Program-made: the position numbers and the translations under genes
The notes under the pieces: generated by a model
Database searches by the model: none
The model's input: only the letters and a program-made list of their open reading frames with translations
Told to the model about the DNA's origin: nothing
Part shown: one piece after another, positions 11,509 to 19,039 of the stretch
Numbering within the stretch: the stretch's first letter is position 1
How the letters are laid out: each line of letters starts with the position of its first letter
Virus record (IMG/VR): IMGVR_UViG_2597489997_000001
Location: 1 to 64,000 of that record
Source of the DNA: a virus
Taxonomy: Duplodnaviria; Caudoviricetes
DNA: 64,000 nucleotides
Direction: 5' to 3' (one strand)

Positions 11509-11551
11509 CCAATGAGATAATAAGTGTCTATTTAAAATAAAATAACAAAGA

Positions 11552-11582
11552 CCCCTACCCCTCCTTTCGGAGTGGGTAGGGT
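11552..11582. terminator. Bidirectional terminator hairpin
   Basis: CCCTACCC..CTCC-TTTC-GGAG..GGGTAGGG between convergent genes. Confidence 0.75.
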
Positions 11583-11600
11583 TATCTTTAATTTATTTTT

Positions 11601-12215
11601 TTATTCTGGATCGTTCTCACCGAGTAACTCGAGGATCTCGTCTACCGAGGTATGTTCATTGATGTAATGAATTTTGGTTTTACCCTTTAACTCGACGATA
11701 GCTAAAGAACGTAGATACTTCTCACGAAGGTTATCCCAGTTCTCTTTCTTCTTAAGGAAGAGATCTTTCTCATCCACTGCTCGGTTACAGTTAGCCAGAC
11801 GTTCTAAGAAAGTAGAATGATCAATGTCCAAGAAGAAGATATGGTCAGGATAGATATCGTGGCCTGCTGTTCTCAGCATCTCTTCATTGGCACGCAATAC
11901 TGCACTTGGCGGCATGGTAGGAGTTGATTGATAAACCATCGAACTCACAACACATCGATCGGAGATTAATCCCCCTTCACGATATTTACATACTACCTCA
12001 TCAAAGCAGTCAATACGTCCTGCAATGATCATCATCATTTCATAGTGCTTAGGGAGATAGTTCGCATTGTTCATGCGTTTCACTTCCGCAGCATGTTCAT
12101 TACCAGTATAAGGTTCGTTAACTGTAGCCCAACCAAGGCGAGCAATTAACTTTTTAGTCAACTCAGACTTACCTGCAAAATCCAAACCTTCTAGGGCTAC
12201 ATATTTACCAAACAT
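11601..12215 (-). CDS. tmk: Thymidylate kinase
   Basis: P-loop LEGLDFAGKS, NEP, SDR..SS.VYQ and PD..FFLD motifs. Confidence 0.9.
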   Translation of the reverse strand: MFGKYVALEGLDFAGKSELTKKLIARLGWATVNEPYTGNEHAAEVKRMNNANYLPKHYEMMMIIAGRIDCFDEVVCKYREGGLISDRCVVSSMVYQSTPTMPPSAVLRANEEMLRTAGHDIYPDHIFFLDIDHSTFLERLANCNRAVDEKDLFLKKKENWDNLREKYLRSLAIVELKGKTKIHYINEHTSVDEILELLGENDPE

Positions 12216-13697
12216 TTATACCTTTGACTCCATGATTAATGTACGAAGAACAATATAAAGCATCAGACTGGTACGGAGCGAAGTGATCTTAATCTCGGTC
12301 TTAATACCTGTCATTGCTTTAACAATCTCATCGCCTTCAGCTCTCAGTTTGAGAAGTAACGCGTTTGAGGATTTGCTCGACGTATAAGCACCACGTATTT
12401 TAAAGAACACGTGTTTAACATCCTGGTGCTTGATTCCATTTGCACTTATATATTCAAACAAGTGCGTAGTTACGTCATCAACAAACTCACGATACTTATC
12501 GCCCTTAGCATGTGCATACTGGGCTGGGAAATCCTTAAGGATTGATTCCAACTTATCTGCATCAGTTCGGGGGATTGCTTTGGCTGCATAAGTTGCAAGT
12601 TCCTGTTTAAAGAAACTGTTCTTATCGTTCAGAACGTTTGCAATATAGTTCTTAAACCGGTTAGCAGATTTCTGAACATCCTTGATATTCAGTTCACCAT
12701 CCAGTAAAGCCAAGCCTGAGTCTGTCTCAACGAGATCAACGGAATCTTTAATCTCATAAAGCACTTTGGTGTAATCGTTAATAACACCTTTAAGACGGGA
12801 CTCCATATCGTTCACCATGTAAACGATTTTCTTGTCATTATCCATCTTAGCAAAGGCATCAAAGTGAATACCCGTACGAGGGTCGATAATAAACTCACCA
12901 CGAGCACGGAATAGATCATTCCATGAACCATAGCGCTTGATATCAAACTTCAAGGAGAGCTTGTTATAGGCCGTTATAGCGACGTTCTGTTTTACCAGAT
13001 AGCCGAAGTAGTGGTTCATGATAGACGTCATGACACGGTAGTGGAATAACATGACCAGATTGATCAATGCTTCGTTCTTCATATTGCTAGGAAGATTGGA
13101 ATTCCACACACGGTTCATTAGGTAGATAATAGACAGGTTGAAAGCTTCAGAAGAAACTTTAAAGTCTTTATTGATCCACTTGGTCTTGATCAGTTCATCA
13201 CGGAGTCTTACTTCATCCACGTCGATAATGTCGCGGAAGAAAGTAACACGGTCAGATGTTTTAAAGAGTACACGATGAGTCCCCAGATAAGGAGAGCCAA
13301 AGAACTCAGTATGATCATTGTCTTTAGTTGCGAAACCATAGACATAACGACGAAGAGTCTGTACCCAGCGAGGAGTAATCTCTAAATCTTCAACCAGGTT
13401 ATCAAAGATATCCTTAACTGCGTTGTCGCGGTTATAGTTGAAGTTGGCCGGTAGAGCTTCTAGCCCAGACCAGTATTCGGGGATATTCGCAGCGGATTCA
13501 AATCCACTAACCCAGCCTGGAGGAATTGCAGGAGCAAAGAAGTCAGTTAAAGGCTTACCCTCTAAACCAGCTAATAGCTCACGCATCTCAACGTCGGACA
13601 TGGCACGTTCGTATTTCTCTTCATCCGTTAACTCAAGGAATCGATACTTTACTAATCCGCCCATGTGACTTTTAAAACGATCAGTAGCAGCAGACAT
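12216..13697 (-). CDS. Conserved phiKZ-like hypothetical protein
   Basis: 493 aa ORF, translationally coupled on both sides. Confidence 0.7.
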   Translation of the reverse strand: MSAATDRFKSHMGGLVKYRFLELTDEEKYERAMSDVEMRELLAGLEGKPLTDFFAPAIPPGWVSGFESAANIPEYWSGLEALPANFNYNRDNAVKDIFDNLVEDLEITPRWVQTLRRYVYGFATKDNDHTEFFGSPYLGTHRVLFKTSDRVTFFRDIIDVDEVRLRDELIKTKWINKDFKVSSEAFNLSIIYLMNRVWNSNLPSNMKNEALINLVMLFHYRVMTSIMNHYFGYLVKQNVAITAYNKLSLKFDIKRYGSWNDLFRARGEFIIDPRTGIHFDAFAKMDNDKKIVYMVNDMESRLKGVINDYTKVLYEIKDSVDLVETDSGLALLDGELNIKDVQKSANRFKNYIANVLNDKNSFFKQELATYAAKAIPRTDADKLESILKDFPAQYAHAKGDKYREFVDDVTTHLFEYISANGIKHQDVKHVFFKIRGAYTSSKSSNALLLKLRAEGDEIVKAMTGIKTEIKITSLRTSLMLYIVLRTLIMESKV

Positions 13698-14545
13698 TAT
13701 CTTTTCCTCGGAACAGAGTACTTGATTTGGTCAGACTTGCCTTTAGGATCAGCGTACTGGAGACGTTTCTTAATTTCGTTCTCATAGAAGTCTTTAAACT
13801 CTCTGTGAGCATCAGCATAACCTTGGATATCATCCTGAAGGTCATCGACGGTTACACCGAAACGAGAAACGGCTTCTTGCATCCCACGGCGACAGTTCTT
13901 ATAGATATAAGTTTTGACACCAAGCTCTACAAGCTCAGCAAACTTATCATACATCTTCGGTGGAATTACAGAGAAGTGGTCGTCATAGGACAATACCACT
14001 TTGGCAATCATGTTAAAGAGAGCAGAGCCAGCATCACGAATGAGGAAGGAGTTATTCCCCGTCATGGTGAATGTAGTAAAGGTACGTTGAACGTTACCAT
14101 CATCAAGACCGTTGATCAGACGACCTAATGCGTTGTTCATTTGACCTACACCGCAGGTTGCATAGTTGCTGAAGTTATTACCGTTAGCAATAGCTCTGTT
14201 AATGTTTCCAGGGTACACTTCGATAACCTGGAGAATACGTCTACCACCTGTTAAGAAATCAGGTACGTTGACGTGGATAATCCCACCTTGGAGATTCTCA
14301 ATGTTTGCACTACTAAGATCAATGATCTCTGTAGTACCACCTGCTACGTTCAGCAGAGGAGCAACCATCTTCAGAATAACCTTCTCTCTTATACCTTGTT
14401 CAATAGAGAACTCAGTATTGACAGGTCCCCAAATACCACCATAACCGTTGTTCGGATTATCGAAGGCTAACTTGAGTAAATAGTCAGAGATATCGGTAGG
14501 ACCATTAATGACGTATTCAATAGAAAAGTCTACTGGGTTTGACAT
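13697..14545 (-). CDS. Conserved hypothetical (possibly virion) protein
   Basis: 282 aa, AAGGA SD. Confidence 0.7.
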   Translation of the reverse strand: MSNPVDFSIEYVINGPTDISDYLLKLAFDNPNNGYGGIWGPVNTEFSIEQGIREKVILKMVAPLLNVAGGTTEIIDLSSANIENLQGGIIHVNVPDFLTGGRRILQVIEVYPGNINRAIANGNNFSNYATCGVGQMNNALGRLINGLDDGNVQRTFTTFTMTGNNSFLIRDAGSALFNMIAKVVLSYDDHFSVIPPKMYDKFAELVELGVKTYIYKNCRRGMQEAVSRFGVTVDDLQDDIQGYADAHREFKDFYENEIKKRLQYADPKGKSDQIKYSVPRKR

Positions 14546-14591
14546 AATTAGTCCTTCATTTTTGTAAGCTTACAAAATATCCAAAGACAAT

Positions 14592-14627
14592 CAAAAACCC
14601 CTACCCCACCCAAAGGCGAGATAGGGG
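14592..14627 (-). terminator. Intrinsic terminator ending the RNA island transcript
   Basis: Minus strand CCCCTATCTCGCC-TTTG-GGTGGGGTAGGGG followed by TTTTT. Confidence 0.8.
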
Positions 14628-14641
14628 CAGAGGTAGTGTCA

Positions 14642-15250
14642 TTGCATACACCCTAGGGCAGACTCGATGGACTATATAGGAGCTACCCATAAATCCGACC
14701 AAATCTACCAAAGGCTGTCTACATTGATGTCAACAACTTCTCCCAGGCATGGGAGCAGACCGTTTGTAGCCTGCATCGTATAATGCCTTATACTGTCAGG
14801 TATGCTACGCTGTTTAGTCCCGTTAGTCTTTCGGGGAGTCGCTCACGGTTAAGGCGCGACTAGACATGACGGCTTCACTAATGCTGGAGACATTATCGTG
14901 AAGACCCGTTTCGTCTGCAATTTATATCCCCGTCAGACTCGTCAGATGTTCCGGGCGTTCTCTCCCACCAGAGAGTAGGTCGAGTGAAACGATGTCGCGA
15001 GGTCAACTGTAAGTTGCCGATTAATCCATCAAGTCTTTGACAAGGGATATTAAATTCGCTTTCGTTCGAATCACTCTGTTTGTTAGGGAAGCTAACCAAA
15101 GTTACTTTAACTACGGTCTGTGGATAACCTAGGGTTAAAAGATAAGTTTGACGGCTAGCTCCCTAATGGATTGCACCATCCTGTTCACTACGCTTCGAGT
15201 ACTCGGGTATGAGATATTATTACTCAGCTTGAGATCGACAGGTGATGCAA
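14642..15250 (-). ncRNA. Candidate large structured ncRNA (about 610 nt)
   Basis: No credible ORF; terminal helix 14642-14652 with 15241-15250, nested long-range helices, terminator 15 nt downstream. Confidence 0.7.
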
Positions 15251-15260
15251 AGGAAGAAGG

Positions 15261-15580
15261 TCCCGATTAGATCGTTACCTAAAAAGGGTGCGCGGGCTTG
15301 TCAGTAGGCGGCGCATACGCCACCAGTACCGGACCCGCAGCTATAGTCGCCATGCTGGCGACACCCACCAGGAACTACTACTGCGACAGGACTATGGCCT
15401 GAGTTCATTCCTGGATTTACGACCGGGAGGGTAAACCCCCGGTATTTGCCTTCCCATCGGCCACACCAGCCACGGAAGGTCTTACAATCCCAGCATGTCA
15501 ACTGGCACACCCCTCTTAACCCACATCGCTATCCGCAGGGAGTTAAGCAAGACATACACTTCTCGACATACAATCGGGAT
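15261..15580 (-). ncRNA. Candidate GC-rich structured ncRNA (about 320 nt)
   Basis: Terminal helix TCCCGATT/AATCGGGA, many strong internal hairpins, no credible ORF. Confidence 0.65.
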
Positions 15581-15584
15581 ATTG

Positions 15585-15995
15585 TCATTTCACCAGATCG
15601 TACTTAGTATCCATCTCGGCACGTTTGCTATTGCTTACGTATTCCTCAAAGGTACATTTATACCAGTCACCCTCACCGATTTCCCGGCTATAGAAGATAA
15701 CTGCTGGGTCGTAAGCTTTCTTAGAAGGCTTATCCACAGGACGGTGAAACACTTGTAATGTATGACCCAATTCTGATATCAGATAGGCTTCATGATCATT
15801 ACAGATAAACGTTGGCTGTACACCATGTCCGTGTTCCACCACAATAATGGTGTTCTTCGGCATGTCGGCATACTTACCACCGTACTCACCCATATTAGTC
15901 AAACGGTTAATCACCGAGTTATGAGTAATATGGAAGAATTTTTCCCGGTTGGCTATTTCGCCAGTTGGGTTGCTTGAAACAAGCTTCAATAACAT
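15585..15995 (-). CDS. Hypothetical protein
   Basis: 136 aa with GAGG SD. Confidence 0.7.
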   Translation of the reverse strand: MLLKLVSSNPTGEIANREKFFHITHNSVINRLTNMGEYGGKYADMPKNTIIVVEHGHGVQPTFICNDHEAYLISELGHTLQVFHRPVDKPSKKAYDPAVIFYSREIGEGDWYKCTFEEYVSNSKRAEMDTKYDLVK

Positions 15996-16039
15996 AGTAA
16001 CCTCAATTGCTTCTTATTGTTGGAGATTAAATGAAATTA

Positions 16040-16116
16040 TGGTGGCCCCGGCGTGACTTGAACACGCGACCAAGCGATTATGAGTCACCTGCTCTAACCG
16101 TCTGAGCTACGGGGCC
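16040..16116 (-). tRNA. tRNA-Ile2 (CAU, lysidine type)
   Basis: Cloverleaf GGCCCCG..GACTCATAATCG..GGGGCCACCA, closely resembling enterobacterial tRNA-Ile2 rather than tRNA-Met; encoded CCA. Confidence 0.9.
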
Positions 16117-16120
16117 GGAA

Positions 16121-16196
16121 TGGCGCGCCCTACAGGATTCGAACCTGTGACCAATAGCTTAGAAGGCTACTGCTCTATCCACTGAGCTAAGAGCGC
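16121..16196 (-). tRNA. tRNA-Arg (UCU)
   Basis: Cloverleaf, anticodon loop CTTCTAA, GGTTCGAATCC T arm, CCA. Confidence 0.95.
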
Positions 16197-16204
16197 CGAA
16201 TTAC

Positions 16205-16471
16205 TTATTCTGCTACCTTAGCCAGATTTGCTTTATGGGAAGCCACTACAGGAACTAAACCCTGGAACCCATGCTTGTTGTACTGACCGTCAACGAAGAT
16301 CTGAGGAACAGTTTGAACTTTCTCTCCACACATCTCGCTGAGTTTAGCACCATCAATACCAGCTTCCACGATATTGACATATTCGTGAGTGATGCCTTCA
16401 ACACCTTCAACCAGTGCTTTAGCGCGATCACACCATGGACAATTAGGCTTACCATAAATTACAACATTCAT
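16205..16471 (-). CDS. grx: Glutaredoxin
   Basis: CPWC active site and TVPQIFVDG motif. Confidence 0.9.
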   Translation of the reverse strand: MNVVIYGKPNCPWCDRAKALVEGVEGITHEYVNIVEAGIDGAKLSEMCGEKVQTVPQIFVDGQYNKHGFQGLVPVVASHKANLAKVAE

Positions 16472-16701
16472 TTTGGGATTCCGTTTAAAGGAGAATGATA
16501 GAACATACCTCTGGATGGCATATTCAATATACCTGCTGGTTTCGTTGCAAACACGTTGTAGGGTTTACTTTCGCGGATACCTACCTCTAACGTTAATCTG
16601 GCAATCAGTGGATTAAAGAAACTAAAACCAGTAACTGTTAAATGTGGTTGCTCAGAAACATATTTAAAATCATTGGGAACAAAACCTTCTGGCACTTCCA
16701 T
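16468..16701 (-). CDS. Hypothetical protein
   Basis: 77 aa, AAGGA SD, ATGA overlap with grx. Confidence 0.6.
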   Translation of the reverse strand: MEVPEGFVPNDFKYVSEQPHLTVTGFSFFNPLIARLTLEVGIRESKPYNVFATKPAGILNMPSRGMFYHSPLNGIPK

Positions 16702-16732
16702 AATGATTCCTTAGAAGCAGTGGTCATAAATA

Positions 16733-16821
16733 TGGCAGAGAGTATGGGATTCGAACCCATGAGCCCCGAAGGACTGCCTCCTTAGCAGGGAGGTGACTTA
16801 AACCAACTCATCCAACTCTCT
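16733..16821 (-). tRNA. tRNA-Ser (GCU)
   Basis: Long variable arm, anticodon loop CTGCTAA, G73, CCA. Confidence 0.95.
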
Positions 16822-16825
16822 AATG

Positions 16826-16901
16826 TGGCGCTCGTGACAGGGCTCGAACCTGTGACATACGGATTAACAGTCCGCCGTTCTACCGACTGAACTACACGAG
16901 C
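16826..16901 (-). tRNA. tRNA-Asn (GUU)
   Basis: Anticodon arm GCGGA-CTGTTAA-TCCGT, G73, CCA. Confidence 0.95.
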
Positions 16902-17111
16902 TAAATTCTTGCCCCTCATTAGGATTCCGCCTAATGTTTAACCGGCTGGCCGCCGGGGTACAGTCTCAACAGAGTTACTTTAGGATTATTGTCCTAAAGA
17001 CAATCATGGGGATTTTAACCCACACTTCTACTAGACCTAGTCCTCTACCAACGAGGTGGAGTCGATACCACCCTTCTTAAAGCACTATCATAATAACACT
17101 TTAAGAAAGGT

Positions 17112-17235
17112 AGGTTCCCGCTTCGGTATTTAAACCAGCACTGATTCTACTTGTAGACTGATCACTCTTTTGGTTTACCTGACACCGTGGTCAATGTATC
17201 ACCTGAATGAGGCTACTTTCGAAGGGCAGCGGGAG
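17112..17235 (-). ncRNA. tRNA-like structured element (about 120 nt)
   Basis: Closing stem CTCCCGCT/AGCGGGAA with a 3' T-arm-like GGTTTAAATACC. Confidence 0.4.
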
Positions 17236-17241
17236 TTTGTC

Positions 17242-17466
17242 TTATCCAGCATTAAAGCTGTTTAAAACGAATCCTTGAGGGTGGAGAGAGTTGTTGGACA
17301 ACAACGTTATCTTTACAGTGTCTGCTGGGATTTTATCACAGCAACAATGATTGAATAACGCAGTAGCTAACCAGACCGCTCTGCTTTCTCTAGGAGCCGA
17401 TACCACACAGGCATCGAATTCGTCATAACTGATCGAATCAGTTCTTTCAACAAGATATAGGTTCAT
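17242..17466 (-). CDS. Small hypothetical phage protein
   Basis: 74 aa; MNLYLV..YDEFD..VV.A pattern common in small phage proteins. Confidence 0.7.
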   Translation of the reverse strand: MNLYLVERTDSISYDEFDACVVSAPRESRAVWLATALFNHCCCDKIPADTVKITLLSNNSLHPQGFVLNSFNAG

Positions 17467-17693
17467 CTATTTAATCCCAATTAGTGAAATAGGAGCTAAT
17501 ATGGCTCTTTATGTTTTTCGGCTAATTGTGACTCAAACCTAACATGTTGATTGTATCTACCAGATTGTGGTCCTGCACTATACAACACTGGCTAGCTGGA
17601 ACATGTAATCACCAGTGAGATTCCTGCTCGCTGCAACGCGTCCCCAGGAAGGGGAAGTTTTGTACTGCTTAACAGAGTATAGAAACTCAGTTA

Positions 17694-18017
17694 TTAAATT
17701 ACTTCATACCAATCAAGAGCTTGCGCATCAGAGACTGATGGAACCCAGGTATTGATTGTTTTAGTTTCTTCGTTAACGATAACAAAGAAAGGCTGGATAT
17801 AAGCAAAGTTTGCATCAAGAGGATTAACTGGATCAGTACCCTCAAATTTGATATGGTTGGTCGGAATAGATCCATGAATCTGAATATATAGGTGTTTGCC
17901 ATTCCATCCTTTACGGGCAAACTTACGGGCCTTCTTATTTTCCAGACTTCTGATCATGAGATCATTAACCATCCCGTAGGATAAGAGAAGAGGGCCTTTA
18001 ACTTGTTCTTGTGTCAT
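17694..18017 (-). CDS. tad2: Tad2-like (DUF2829) cyclic-nucleotide sponge
   Basis: ARKGWNGK and W.PS.SD..A.DW signature motifs. Confidence 0.8.
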   Translation of the reverse strand: MTQEQVKGPLLLSYGMVNDLMIRSLENKKARKFARKGWNGKHLYIQIHGSIPTNHIKFEGTDPVNPLDANFAYIQPFFVIVNEETKTINTWVPSVSDAQALDWYEVI

Positions 18018-18237
18018 GTTAATTTCCGGTGGGGTAAAAAGCTCCCTTGAATGGGTTTAATCAAACAAGGGAGAATGGTTGATCTAAGGAACACAGAAAC
18101 CCTAGATCGAGGCTACACCTGCCCGGTGCGCTTTCTGATGGGGACTTGATAGATCCCATTAAAAAGCTGAGGACATCCATCCTCAGTTGGTCAAATCGAC
18201 CCAATGCGTAAGCAGTTATATGAAGTATGCGGCGCGT

Positions 18238-18830
18238 ACTTCCCTATGGTTATTCTGAAAAACAAACATAGGGTAGTGGGGTCAGAAGACCCCAGCAACC
18301 AACCTCATTCGTACCGAAAGTATCCATACCTTCTTTATAAGAACTCATTCGGTAGAGAACTTATAAAGAAAGCAAGTGGGTTGATAAGGTCCACTCACTC
18401 TCAGTATTCCTTAATCATATCGCCAAATATAATTAAGACGTGGCAACCACACGATTTTAAACTACTGTTACAAACTCGCTTTTTTGGAAAGAACACGCAT
18501 GACCATGGCTTTCTTTATAGTGACTCATTCTAATAGAGATACCATAAAGAAAGCGAAGAGGGTGGAGGAAAAGTGAGACCAACCCTCTCAGCTTTAATTA
18601 CGAGACATGAGAGTTATGCAATGAAAGTTAGCAAGCAAGCAGTACCTTTCTTTATAAACACTCATTCAAGTGGAGTAATTATAAAGAAAGAGGAAGGTGA
18701 CTAGTCTTCCGCTTTGAGTATAGAGAGTTTTAATAATGATTGAATCATGGCAGCGAAACCGGATTCATTAAAGTACGATGGCGCGCACTTCTTAATAGGC
18801 ACTAATCCATTCAATACTTATTAAGAAGTG
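18238..18830. repeat. Array of repeated long hairpins (TTCTTTAT..ACTCATTC..ATAAAGAA)
   Basis: Near-identical copies at 18331-18370, 18508-18554, 18646-18690; divergent copies at 18238-18277, 18786-18830 and 17072-17110. Confidence 0.85.
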
Positions 18831-18951
18831 GACATGTTTAATTTTACATAACATATCCATCGCCAGTAGAAGTTTACTGGAAAAGCAAATGAGCAATGGA
18901 ATCTGGAAAGGGTCGCCGAAGATCCATTTAGCGTATACCTCTCTTTCTTCA

Positions 18952-18977
18952 CATAATATAAATCACTGCACTAAAAA
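18952..18977 (-). promoter_or_regulatory. Putative leftward promoter of the RNA island
   Basis: Minus strand TTTTAGTGCAGTGATTTATATTATG, similar to TTTTACTGATAGATTGTATATTATG upstream of chimallin. Confidence 0.5.
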
Positions 18978-18995
18978 TTAACAGACAGATATTAT
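18975..18995 (+). promoter_or_regulatory. Putative phage early promoter
   Basis: AAATTAACAGACAGATATTAT. Confidence 0.65.
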
Positions 18996-19039
18996 TAGAT
19001 TGAAACCATACATAGTTTTTATTATAGAGGAATTACCCC

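Noticed and set aside
14642-15250. Group I intron (GGACTA/TATATAGTCC resembles P7 and J8/7; AAATTGC resembles the P element)
   Set aside because: No interrupted gene or exons; the putative P4/P6 residues are better explained by other helices; the element has its own closing stem and terminator. A cmscan would settle it.
15261-15580. RNase P RNA or tmRNA
   Set aside because: No GAGGAAAGUCC or AGAACCCGGCUUA motifs, no tRNA-Ala-like ends and no tag ORF
14893-15758. Short ORFs 14893-15099, 15301-15510 and 15495-15758
   Set aside because: No SD, atypical composition, overlap strongly structured RNA or a better ORF
16040-16116. tRNA-Met assignment
   Set aside because: Body resembles tRNA-Ile2; lacks initiator features
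18204-18533. 109-aa plus-strand ORF
   Set aside because: Runs through the hairpin repeats, opposite to the island orientation, no SD
18238-18830. CRISPR array
   Set aside because: Repeats are degenerate long inverted repeats, spacing is irregular and long, no cas genes, no match to repeat types I recognise
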